IMG/VR virus record: IMGVR_UViG_3300045988_107970
Location: 32,001 to 96,000 of that record
From: a virus
DNA length: 64,000 nt
Reading direction: 5' to 3' (one strand)
The position numbers and the translations under genes were made by a program. Numbering within the stretch: position 1 is the stretch's first letter; each line of letters opens with the position of its first letter. This document shows, piece by piece, positions 28,707 through 36,897 of the stretch. A model generated the notes under the pieces. The model did no database searches, was not told the DNA's origin, and saw only the letters and a program-made list of their open reading frames with translations.

Positions 28707-29208
28707 GTATACATGTGATGTATGCAAGCATTATCTTGGTTGGAATGACTGGGCGATTCCTTGTGAAGTCAAGTATGATGATATTGATAAAGACTTAAAC
28801 GCATGTGAATGCTTTCGCCCAATTGGAAAGGCGCGTTGTATGTTTCGCAAAGCACCTATTAATAAAAATGGATTGAATGCAAATATAAAAGCGCATATTC
28901 TCTCCGATGATGAAATGAATAGACTCGGGTTTTATGATTTAGGTGCTTCATCATGGTATCTATGCAAGCATGTACATAAATATCCGACAATAACATTCAA
29001 TGTCACAATTCCAAAAGATAAGCCAGAAGATTTAAAAATTGACGTATTGGACGAAGAGTTTCTTCAGCCATATGATTATCAGAGTATGCTTGAGCGTAAT
29101 CCAAAGTTTGCACCAGCTCTTGAGGTTAAAGAATCTGTGGATATGTTTATGATGTATCTTATTGGCAACGGTGTATTAAGCGGATGGTCTATCGGTGATT
29201 ATCTGTAG
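28696..29208 (+). CDS. hypothetical protein
   Basis: Start at ATG 28696, overlapping the end of dut. 170 aa. Confidence 0.35.
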   Translation: MQSKYTCDVCKHYLGWNDWAIPCEVKYDDIDKDLNACECFRPIGKARCMFRKAPINKNGLNANIKAHILSDDEMNRLGFYDLGASSWYLCKHVHKYPTITFNVTIPKDKPEDLKIDVLDEEFLQPYDYQSMLERNPKFAPALEVKESVDMFMMYLIGNGVLSGWSIGDYL

Positions 29209-29221
29209 GGGGGGTGGTTTA

Positions 29222-29881
29222 ATGAGTGGTTATTTAGTTAATCATTATAAATCTGTATATCGTATTTTACCTGTTATCAATAATGCAACAAATGATTTCT
29301 GTCGTGATTGCAATGGTAAGATTGACGAAGATAATGTGTATATTCCATGCTATTACAATTCAAGAATTTGGCATTATGGCAGGTCTAAGCTTATTGCTTA
29401 TATTCCATCTGTTCAACGTGGTCATAACGTAGTTAAAGCCCTCAAGAAAAATGGCGTAAATGTTTTTGACTGTGATGAATCAGATGGAGAGGTAGTATTT
29501 AAGTTTAACGCTTCTGATATGGATCAAGTTGCTTCTTTAATGAAGCCTAAGACTAGTGGTGCGAAAACTAGCCCATTCTCGTCAAAGAACCTACCAAAAG
29601 CGCAGGTAGATATACCCGAAAATGAGCTTGCTCGTTATAAAAGTCTAGTTTCAAAGCTTGACAATTATATTGTTATTAAAAAGTTCAATGATAGATTTCT
29701 TGACGAAGTTCTAGCAAAGAAGCTAAGACCAAAAGGAAAACGTAAGCCGTTTGACTACAAGCAAGATATGAAAACTCTATGTCTTACACGTGATGTTAAA
29801 GGCTATATTTATAAGCGCGGTCTTTGGGAAGACTATCTAAAATTTTTAGAGATTGCCATTGATACCTATCTAAACAAATAA
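29222..29881 (+). CDS. hypothetical protein
   Basis: Start at ATG 29222 after GGGGGGTGG. 219 aa. Confidence 0.35.
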   Translation: MSGYLVNHYKSVYRILPVINNATNDFCRDCNGKIDEDNVYIPCYYNSRIWHYGRSKLIAYIPSVQRGHNVVKALKKNGVNVFDCDESDGEVVFKFNASDMDQVASLMKPKTSGAKTSPFSSKNLPKAQVDIPENELARYKSLVSKLDNYIVIKKFNDRFLDEVLAKKLRPKGKRKPFDYKQDMKTLCLTRDVKGYIYKRGLWEDYLKFLEIAIDTYLNK

Positions 29882-29888
29882 ATATATA

Positions 29889-29937
29889 TGCTATAATAGT
29901 GCCAAAAGATATACAAAAATGTTAGTCTTTTGGCACT
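29889..29937 (+). promoter_or_regulatory. TGcTATAAT extended -10 followed by a 12-bp hairpin
   Basis: TGCTATAAT at 29889..29897. Arms AGTGCCAAAAGA (29898..29909) and TCTTTTGGCACT (29926..29937). Confidence 0.45.
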
Positions 29938-29961
29938 TCATATAAAATTCTAGGAGGATAT

Positions 29962-30504
29962 ATGAACGACTTTTCTGTTGAAATTCTTAAGCATCCAACA
30001 GATGAGGATTGGATGCTGGTAAAAACGTGTACCCTAGTTACTGTCGATAAGAAGAGCACAAAGCCGCCTACAATGGAATGGAAGAAGAAGTTGCTTGCTG
30101 CCCAGCATAGCCCAATTCGCACGCTAGAGTTTTGTTTTAGGCTGAATAACATTCCTTCGTGGGTAGCAACACATTTAGTACGCCATATTCATGCAACACC
30201 ATTTGTAAAGACGCAGCGCAATGACCGTCAAGATAATTACGATCGTAATGCCGCACGTCAAGATGCGCCAGTTTCGATGTGCTGGTATATGAACGCAGAA
30301 GAGCTTATGACAATTGCACATAAGCGTCTATGTACACAGGCTTCTCCTGAGACACGTCAAGTAGTACAGGCTATTTGCGATGAGGTTGTTAAGGTTAATC
30401 CAGAGTTTGAAGGACTACTAGTGCCTAACTGCTATTATCGTGGCGGTATTTGCACCGAGTTCAATCCATGTGGACTGAATAAGACATATAAGGAGCGTGT
30501 ATAG
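29962..30504 (+). CDS. ThyX-like (flavin-dependent thymidylate synthase family) protein, divergent
   Basis: QHSPIRTLEFCFRL...THLVRHIHATPFVKTQRND aligns to the ThyX signature RHRxxSxxxxSxR, read here as RH-I-xxTxxxxTxR. Only 180 aa. Confidence 0.5.
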   Translation: MNDFSVEILKHPTDEDWMLVKTCTLVTVDKKSTKPPTMEWKKKLLAAQHSPIRTLEFCFRLNNIPSWVATHLVRHIHATPFVKTQRNDRQDNYDRNAARQDAPVSMCWYMNAEELMTIAHKRLCTQASPETRQVVQAICDEVVKVNPEFEGLLVPNCYYRGGICTEFNPCGLNKTYKERV

Positions 30505-30505
30505 C

Positions 30506-30904
30506 ATGGCGGTAATTAGTTATAACGAGAGCAAGAGCGGCAACAACTCTCTTATTGTTCATGGTAATGAGGAGGAGCTTAAGGAGGTTGCTAAGTTTGT
30601 AAACAGTATGTATGACAACGTAGACAATCTTAGCATTGATAAAGATATGGTAAATCACCCGTCTCACTACGAGCGTGGCATTGAATGCATTGACGAGATG
30701 ATTCTTCTATTTGGCGTTATGGAAACGATGTCCTTCTGTAAGCTCAACTCACATAAATATCGCAAGCGTGCGCTTGACAAGGGCGGCAGAGAAGACATTG
30801 ATAAGTCGGATTGGTATATGAAAGAGTATGCTTATCTTGATTCGAAATCAGACTTTGAAGTAAAAGAGGAAATTTACAAAAAGTATAATCTAAATAACAA
30901 CTAA
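30506..30904 (+). CDS. DUF3310-like phage protein
   Basis: VNHPSHYERGIECID...KLNSHKYRKRALDK pattern recalled from the DUF3310 family. Start at ATG 30506 after AAGGAG. Confidence 0.4.
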   Translation: MAVISYNESKSGNNSLIVHGNEEELKEVAKFVNSMYDNVDNLSIDKDMVNHPSHYERGIECIDEMILLFGVMETMSFCKLNSHKYRKRALDKGGREDIDKSDWYMKEYAYLDSKSDFEVKEEIYKKYNLNNN

Positions 30905-30917
30905 ATATATATGTTAT

Positions 30918-30941
30918 GGGGCTTGTTATAGCCCCATTTTT
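30918..30941 (+). terminator. intrinsic terminator
   Basis: GGGGCT / AGCCCC stem followed by ATTTTT. Confidence 0.6.
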
Positions 30942-31037
30942 GTGCAAATATTCTTTATAGAACTTATCTTTTGTAATTTACGTAAAACAAAGATACAATA
31001 TTGTTGTAAAAATATATTATAAAGGTGTGTTAACATC

Positions 31038-32234
31038 ATGGGAAAAGACCTTAAAGGCAAAGACTTGGGGCGCGGATACAGTCAACGAAAAGATAAACGT
31101 TTTGAAGCGCGGTGTATGATTAACGGTACAAAAATTTGCTTATACGATATGCATCTACCAACATTAAAGAAACGTTTTGAAGAAGAAAAAATTAAGATTC
31201 TAAGAGACGAAAAGAATATTAGACCAAACCTTACACTGTCTGAATGGTTTGAAGAGTGGTTTGAAAAATACAAAAAGCCAGCATTGAAGTCGGAAGTGTC
31301 TAAAAAGGCATATCATAGAAAAGTATCCAACACATACATTGCTGCAATGGGAGATAAAAAGATAGAGAATATATCTCATATGAATATGCAAGATACAACA
31401 AACGAATTACTTAGTAAATTCAAAGCAAGAACGCTGAGAGAAGCACTTGGCGTACTCAGAGAGTGTTTGGATATAGCGGTTATGAATCAAATCATTAAGT
31501 CTAACCCGTGTATTAATATAGCAATAAAAGACGAGAATGAAGCTGTTCAAGAACGTAGGGTTTTGAGTTCTCGTGAAATGAAAATGTTTTTAGATGAAAT
31601 AGAACATGAGTATTACAATGAAGCTTACCAAATCTTATTACTTACTGGCATGAGAATCGGTGAATTCAGCGGCCTTCAATGGCAGGATATAAACTGGCAA
31701 AACAAAACAATCAGAATACAAAGAAGTCTGAGCATTGGCTATGTTGACGGCAAGAAAATGGAATATCTCACAACGCCAAAGACGAGCAATAGCTACAGAA
31801 CTATTCCGTTCTTCGGGAACGTAGGAGAACTATTTAAAGATTGGAAGGTAAAACAAGACCAATACAAAGCAAAGCTTGGAAGTAGATGGAGATTGCGACC
31901 AGAGTTAGGCGATTTAGTCTTTACGACAACACTTGGTTCGCCAGTAACAAGATATGCATTGTCCCATAACATTGAAAAGGTATTGAAGAACATCAACGAA
32001 AAAGAAGAATATAATGCGGCAATAGAAGGCAGAGCGCCAGAGAAGATGGAACACATCTATCCACATGCGTTTAGACATACGTTTGCTACTAGGTGTTTTG
32101 AAAAGAAATTAGATCCAGTGTTTATACAAAGAATCATGGGGCATACTAGTTATGCTACCACTTTGAAATATACCCACTTGTTAGAGACAAAACTGAATGA
32201 AGAAGTGGTAAAAGCAGAAGACTTCCTATTATAA
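31038..32234 (+). CDS. int: tyrosine integrase with N-terminal arm-binding domain
   Basis: 398 aa. Catalytic boxes LLLTGMRIGE, HAFRHTFATR and GHTSYATTLKYTH. N-terminus GRGYSQRKDKRFEARCMINGTKI resembles the Tn916-Int arm-binding fold. Confidence 0.8.
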   Translation: MGKDLKGKDLGRGYSQRKDKRFEARCMINGTKICLYDMHLPTLKKRFEEEKIKILRDEKNIRPNLTLSEWFEEWFEKYKKPALKSEVSKKAYHRKVSNTYIAAMGDKKIENISHMNMQDTTNELLSKFKARTLREALGVLRECLDIAVMNQIIKSNPCINIAIKDENEAVQERRVLSSREMKMFLDEIEHEYYNEAYQILLLTGMRIGEFSGLQWQDINWQNKTIRIQRSLSIGYVDGKKMEYLTTPKTSNSYRTIPFFGNVGELFKDWKVKQDQYKAKLGSRWRLRPELGDLVFTTTLGSPVTRYALSHNIEKVLKNINEKEEYNAAIEGRAPEKMEHIYPHAFRHTFATRCFEKKLDPVFIQRIMGHTSYATTLKYTHLLETKLNEEVVKAEDFLL

Positions 32235-32250
32235 TGGGAGTCTTTTTTTA
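32217..32250 (+). terminator. intrinsic terminator spanning the integrase stop codon
   Basis: Stem GAAGACTTCC / GGGAGTCTT (with G-U pairs) followed by a T-run. Confidence 0.5.
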
Positions 32251-32259
32251 TATTCATTA

Positions 32260-32348
32260 TTTGCGTATTTGCGTAGAGATTCAATTTGCGTAGAAATTTA
32301 AGCAAATTTATTTTTTACGTTTTAAAACAGTTGCGTATCGTTTGCGTA
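32260..32348 (+). repeat. five direct copies of (T)TTGCGTA, candidate integrase arm-type sites within an attP-like region
   Basis: Copies at 32260, 32268, 32285, 32331 and 32341. Three ATTTGCTTA copies and an 18-bp imperfect dyad follow further downstream. Confidence 0.5.
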
Positions 32349-32691
32349 AAATTTCTAAACAAGCTTGCAAACGCTATGTAAATAAAGTAATATATATAAG
32401 GGCTTTGCATTTGGAGTTCTAGGAGATAACAACGAGTAAGTAATTATGACTCCTTGATAGACAAAGGGTTTGGGATTTCCTATATTTGCTTAAATTAAGC
32501 AATACCTTATATTAATGTTGTATGTATTTGAGTCATATTTGCTTATGGATTTGCTTAAACACTATCGTCCATTTCCTTCGGCTAAGTCTACGCAACTAGG
32601 CTCAAACATACAACACCTTACACTCACTGAGGTTCTTAATTGAACCTCTTTTTTATATACTATAATTAATATCTAAAAGGAGATGGATTCA

Positions 32692-32817
32692 ATGACATTA
32701 CAGCGAGATTCAGTAAATAAAATATTATCTAGATTAGAAAGTGTTCAAAAGGAAATACAATCTATTTGCAGTGATTTAAAATACATTATTGAAAAAGAAG
32801 GCAACCAAAAATCGTAA
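32692..32817 (+). CDS. small hypothetical protein (41 aa)
   Basis: AAAAGGAGA RBS and ATG 32692. Helical-looking sequence. Not in the track. Confidence 0.3.
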   Translation: MTLQRDSVNKILSRLESVQKEIQSICSDLKYIIEKEGNQKS

Positions 32818-32823
32818 AAAAAA

Positions 32824-32849
32824 GGGAAACAGAAATTAATCTGTTTCCC
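32824..32849. terminator. bidirectional terminator between convergent genes
   Basis: Perfect 9-bp stem GGGAAACAG / CTGTTTCCC flanked by an A-run and a T-rich sequence. Confidence 0.6.
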
Positions 32850-32857
32850 TGAATTAT

Positions 32858-33259
32858 TTAAACACCGATTACGTAACGAAGAACCATGTTTCTGTTGTCA
32901 ACTGTTTGACCATGAAGAGAAAGGGCTGAGTTGTTATTTACAGCATTACCTTTTATCTCATTATTATTAATATAAAGATACTTCTTGTAGAACTTTCCAG
33001 CACGCTCAAGTATGAATGAGAACCCGCCGCCGTTATCATTTGCTACGGCGTATTTAGGAACAAAGAAAGAGTTCCAGCTAGAATTAACAGGAGCATTATT
33101 GGCAACATCATAAGCACTGAAAATTAATGAGATTCCATGTGGCTGTGCAGACACATTGCCAGAAAGGGCAATAGTAGTATCCTCTTTTACGTATAAGGCA
33201 CCGCTCCACAGAACCTTATTCTCACCATAATTAGAACCAGAAAGTCCAGCGGTTTTACT
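32858..33259 (-). CDS. tail-fibre C-terminal domain, in-frame continuation after a TAG stop
   Basis: 133 sense codons in the same frame as 33260..33670, with no stop other than TAG 33260..33262. No convincing RBS of its own. Confidence 0.5.
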   Translation of the reverse strand, partial: SKTAGLSGSNYGENKVLWSGALYVKEDTTIALSGNVSAQPHGISLIFSAYDVANNAPVNSSWNSFFVPKYAVANDNGGGFSFILERAGKFYKKYLYINNNEIKGNAVNNNSALSLHGQTVDNRNMVLRYVIGV

Positions 33260-33670
33260 CTAAATACGAACATGGTTCCCGTATAGATTAGTTGCTCCGT
33301 CAGACTTTTGATAGTTGTCATATCCAATTGCTGTATTGCCAGCAGCAGACACGGGGACGAATACATTTTTTAAAGTTCCATTTGATGTCTTGCCCTGTAT
33401 AGCAGCTTCTACACCCATATTAATATCTTTGCTTGTTGTGACATTTCCTGTGAGTGTGCCACCGCTTAAAGGCAGATAACTGTGGGTGTGGTTTTTAGCA
33501 GCATATCCAGAGTGCGTATGATTCTTAGCAGCATAAGTGTTTGGCAAAGATTCATGAATTGTGTCCATAGCATCTAGATCGTCGGTTAGACACCGACTGG
33601 TATCATTGCCCCTCCAAATCTCATTGGTTGACATTGTGCCAATAAAAGATTGTTCTGATGTTTCAGACAT
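33260..33670 (-). CDS. tail-fibre protein, N-terminal part ending at TAG
   Basis: Repeats AAKNHTHSGYAAKNHTHS and the LPLSGGTLTGN fibre motif. AAGGAGA RBS. Confidence 0.6.
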   Translation of the reverse strand: MSETSEQSFIGTMSTNEIWRGNDTSRCLTDDLDAMDTIHESLPNTYAAKNHTHSGYAAKNHTHSYLPLSGGTLTGNVTTSKDINMGVEAAIQGKTSNGTLKNVFVPVSAAGNTAIGYDNYQKSDGATNLYGNHVRI

Positions 33671-33711
33671 AATGTTCTCCTTAGAACACAGCCTAACTTA
33701 TGTTGCCTATA

Positions 33712-34545
33712 TTATACCACATTATGAGCATTACCATCTTTGTCATATGCAGTAATCAATACATAATGCTTGACACCTTTTGAGCCATACATTGTAACAA
33801 GTCCAACATGTTTTACGCCATTTGAATCATACACGGTGACAACGCCAGACTGCACCTTAATAGATACTGAAGCTTCAGTTGTTTTGTATTCACCATACCA
33901 CTCATGTATTTCTTTGAGGACATACGTGGCAGTACCGCCCTTGGCACCAGTGACAGAAGAAGGTGTGACTGTATAGCTAGTATTAGAACCGCTATATAGT
34001 TTAGTGTCTCCTTGCCATAATTCAAAATGGTCAAAATTCGCATTGCCCTGTGTTTCACTTTTGGCAAAAGATAACGTTATGACTTCGCCATAATGTGCGG
34101 TTGTTTTTATAGTAGATAAAGTAGGGTTTCCATGTGCATGATATGGGCGTTTTGGAACTGTAACATCTACAGATACGCTGCCAGTCCAAGAACCAGCGCC
34201 TATGCCGCCTACCTTTTCTCCCCAATACTTAGTCCAACAATTTACGCTTTTATCGTTTTTTCCACGGGATACTTCCCATTTGCTATCAATATTACCAACC
34301 CAATTATTATAGTCAAATACAGCCGTTGTGTCAGCCCATTGGTTAGACCCATTTTGTCCAGATTGAACATGAACACCATATTGACTAATTCTATAATTGC
34401 CTTTAGATGAAACACATCCTTTTACATGTACATAAGATGTATCATCGTCTTTATTTGTCACTTCAGCCCATACATATGCTTGGCTTGTGCCAGTACCCCA
34501 GCTATAAGAGTGCGTATCTTCGCCACCATATTGTTCAACAGCCAT
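33712..34545 (-). CDS. hypothetical virion/fibre-associated protein
   Basis: 277-aa ORF in the late operon. No motif recognised. Confidence 0.45.
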   Translation of the reverse strand: MAVEQYGGEDTHSYSWGTGTSQAYVWAEVTNKDDDTSYVHVKGCVSSKGNYRISQYGVHVQSGQNGSNQWADTTAVFDYNNWVGNIDSKWEVSRGKNDKSVNCWTKYWGEKVGGIGAGSWTGSVSVDVTVPKRPYHAHGNPTLSTIKTTAHYGEVITLSFAKSETQGNANFDHFELWQGDTKLYSGSNTSYTVTPSSVTGAKGGTATYVLKEIHEWYGEYKTTEASVSIKVQSGVVTVYDSNGVKHVGLVTMYGSKGVKHYVLITAYDKDGNAHNVV

Positions 34546-34557
34546 CTACATCACCGC

Positions 34558-35379
34558 CTAATCAAGTAGCTGGATATATATTGTATTAGGTGTACCAGTT
34601 TCGGCAGCGACTTCAGAACCCCAGCTAATTCCAAGATTATTCAATGCTTCTGCGGCAGCAGTGGCACCAGTACCACCATGCTCAATAGCTAGAAAATCGC
34701 TTGTAATATCGTTTGCGCTATGCTTATGCGAACTTGTTGCAGCGCCAATATTAGCAGGCGTAATACCGAGTTTTGTTCTAGCATCAGCAGCAGTCTTGGC
34801 ACCAGTACCACCGCTTGATACTGGAACGACACCAGTATCATCTGCTACGCTAAACAACTTCTTGGCGGCTGCGAGAGTAGTACAACCAGTACCGCCATTT
34901 TCAATTGGCAAAGCGCCGTCTGTCTCGCCAAGACCAAGATTCTTTCTTGCTTCTGCAACGGTTGTGCCGCCAGTGCCACCAGAAGTCATGGGAACAGTAC
35001 CATATAAGCCATTGGCATTAGGCTGAACCATATCATCAACAATCCAATATTGACCGTCATATATAAGTCTTACTGGCTTGCCGTTTGTAAGGAAATCTTC
35101 ACTTGGCAATTGAATAGTAGATTTAGGAGAGCTAGAAATACGTATCCTAATATTCTTCGCGCCAAGACCATTGACATTTAATGTTGGCGCAGTAGTAGTA
35201 CTAGTAACATGTGGCACCATAACAAAGTTAGCACCAACAGAAAGAACTTCAATTGCCTTAACGGTAGCAGTATATGCAGCACCAGTGCCAGCACTTGTAA
35301 TACCTACAACGCGCTGTCTGCAAGCTTCGTCATACACCTCAAGACCGCCAAGGGATTTCATTATCTTATTTCCATCCAT
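34558..35379 (-). CDS. tail-fibre-like protein with four GGTG-x-T...NLG repeats
   Basis: Repeats GGTGGTTVAEARKNLGL, GGTGCTTLAAAKKLF, GGTGAKTAADARTKLGI and GGTGATAAAEALNNLGI. Confidence 0.55.
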   Translation of the reverse strand: MDGNKIMKSLGGLEVYDEACRQRVVGITSAGTGAAYTATVKAIEVLSVGANFVMVPHVTSTTTAPTLNVNGLGAKNIRIRISSSPKSTIQLPSEDFLTNGKPVRLIYDGQYWIVDDMVQPNANGLYGTVPMTSGGTGGTTVAEARKNLGLGETDGALPIENGGTGCTTLAAAKKLFSVADDTGVVPVSSGGTGAKTAADARTKLGITPANIGAATSSHKHSANDITSDFLAIEHGGTGATAAAEALNNLGISWGSEVAAETGTPNTIYIQLLD

Positions 35380-35383
35380 ATTT

Positions 35384-35851
35384 TTATACAGACCTCCTTG
35401 CTAAATTAACGGCAATGTTTCCACTGCCATCGTTTACAAGCTCAATAGCATAACTATCATTAACAATCATAATTCTTATATTTTGCTGTATCTTTGCTTC
35501 TGTATTGGGAGCGACATCAAGAAGCTTATTATATATCGCAGTAGTATCAGTATCAATTTTGCGCAGTTTGCCCCTTACTGCTGGATTACCATCGGCATCA
35601 TTCTCACCCAAAGTGAAAATCATATCCCGCTTTTCACTGGCAATATACTTTAAAGCATCTTGTTCAATTTTGTTGATTGTATTGACAGCTTCGGGAGTAA
35701 TTTTTTCAATCTCATTAACAGCATCAGTTTTAATTTTTTTAACCTGTGTGTCTGCGTCCCACATTATCTTGTTTACATCGCTGATTACTTCCTCTGTCAA
35801 CATCTGCTCGGTGATGCGCTCGATAGTTTCAACATGATAAGCAGTTGACAT
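35384..35851 (-). CDS. hypothetical coiled-coil structural protein
   Basis: 155-aa ORF. Its C-terminus NDGSGNIAVNLA resembles that of the next gene. Confidence 0.4.
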   Translation of the reverse strand: MSTAYHVETIERITEQMLTEEVISDVNKIMWDADTQVKKIKTDAVNEIEKITPEAVNTINKIEQDALKYIASEKRDMIFTLGENDADGNPAVRGKLRKIDTDTTAIYNKLLDVAPNTEAKIQQNIRIMIVNDSYAIELVNDGSGNIAVNLARRSV

Positions 35852-35866
35852 ATCATCGCACCTCCT

Positions 35867-36703
35867 TTATGATTGGTTTACGAGAATGGCAAGATTTGCA
35901 TTGCCGCTTCCATCGTTAACAGTCTTAAGATACACGCCGTTCTTTGTGATGAGCGTGTTTATGTTTGTCTCAATAGTCTGCTGAGTCTTATTTGCAACAG
36001 AAACGGCATCATCATATGTCTTCTGAGTATTATTTTTAATCTCAGTGGCGGTATTAACAAGACCGTTGCCAGTAGTGATAAAGCCTTCTTTGGCTTCATC
36101 AACAGTGCTAACGGCGTTTGTCTTAGTCTGCGTTATGGTATTTACAGCAGTATCTCTTGTATCTGTGACAGTGTCCATAGACTTTGTTTTAACATTATTA
36201 ATCTCGTTAATAGCATTTGTTCTAGCCGTCTCGGTGCTAAATTCAATTTCTTTTTTAATCATCTCGGCAGTAATGCGAGTAATATTCTCAACGTAGAGAT
36301 AATCGCTTGGCTTTGCACGTTTACGAACAGGGATCTCACTATATAAGATTGTTTTCTGAGAAGACGAATCATCTGCGTCAGTTAAATATACATAGACAAG
36401 TAGAGGATAAGGCTCCTGCAATAGAATATTAGGAATGTCGGCAATAATGATATCTCCTGCGTGCATTGTTGCCACGCTGTCATCTTGAACAGCTACATCA
36501 TCACCACTATATTTTACAGTAGAGCGAACAACCAATGCTTCTTTTCTACTTGAATTAGAAAAATGTACCTCAGGTGGATTCTGAAGATATCTTTCATCGC
36601 ATCCATTAAGGTCGATAACTATCTTCTGGTCTATGTCCCATTGATAGAATCTATTAATTGTGTCTCCGTTAAGATTTAAACAAGGCACTTCGTACATAGA
36701 CAT
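35867..36703 (-). CDS. hypothetical structural protein
   Basis: 278-aa ORF with AAGGAGG RBS. C-terminus VNDGSGNANLAILV. Confidence 0.45.
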   Translation of the reverse strand: MSMYEVPCLNLNGDTINRFYQWDIDQKIVIDLNGCDERYLQNPPEVHFSNSSRKEALVVRSTVKYSGDDVAVQDDSVATMHAGDIIIADIPNILLQEPYPLLVYVYLTDADDSSSQKTILYSEIPVRKRAKPSDYLYVENITRITAEMIKKEIEFSTETARTNAINEINNVKTKSMDTVTDTRDTAVNTITQTKTNAVSTVDEAKEGFITTGNGLVNTATEIKNNTQKTYDDAVSVANKTQQTIETNINTLITKNGVYLKTVNDGSGNANLAILVNQS

Positions 36704-36818
36704 ACCTCCTTGGTCATTAGAATTTATAAATATGGCTAATATTGTAACATAAAATGTGTTTTCTAATATTCAAAATTGTAGAACTTTTAATTTATATATA
36801 AATAAATTTATATGCACC

Positions 36819-36882
36819 ATTGAAAAAATCCCACGCAAGTTATATACTCATTTCGAGTTAAATTGCGTGGGATTTTTTCAAT
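36819..36882. terminator. 20-bp perfect inverted repeat (A-run / stem / T-run) just upstream of the recombinase gene
   Basis: ATTGAAAAAATCCCACGCAA (36819..36838) pairs with TTGCGTGGGATTTTTTCAAT (36863..36882). The 24-nt loop contains AGTTATATAC, which resembles the early-gene motif. Confidence 0.55.
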
Positions 36883-36897
36883 GAAAGGACTTAAAGA

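Noticed and set aside
29922-30152. A 76-aa - strand ORF.
   Set aside because: It overlaps the promoter hairpin and the ThyX-like gene on the opposite strand. It has no RBS.
32400-32660. A possible tRNA or tRNA fragment in the attP-like region.
   Set aside because: No cloverleaf could be folded by eye (no acceptor or T-arm GTTC-type pattern). Only simple hairpins and direct repeats are present.
33260-33262. Genome-wide TAG reassignment (alternative genetic code), as reported for some gut phages.
   Set aside because: Only one in-frame TAG was found. Very long late ORFs (2377 aa and 1112 aa) are uninterrupted, and many genes, including the shufflon cassettes, terminate sensibly at TAG.
35873-36346. 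+ strand ORFs of 157 and 83 aa, and similar ones at 35505..35837 and 34661..35026.
   Set aside because: They are antisense to well-supported late genes that have strong RBSs. Their sequences are hydrophobic and low-complexity.
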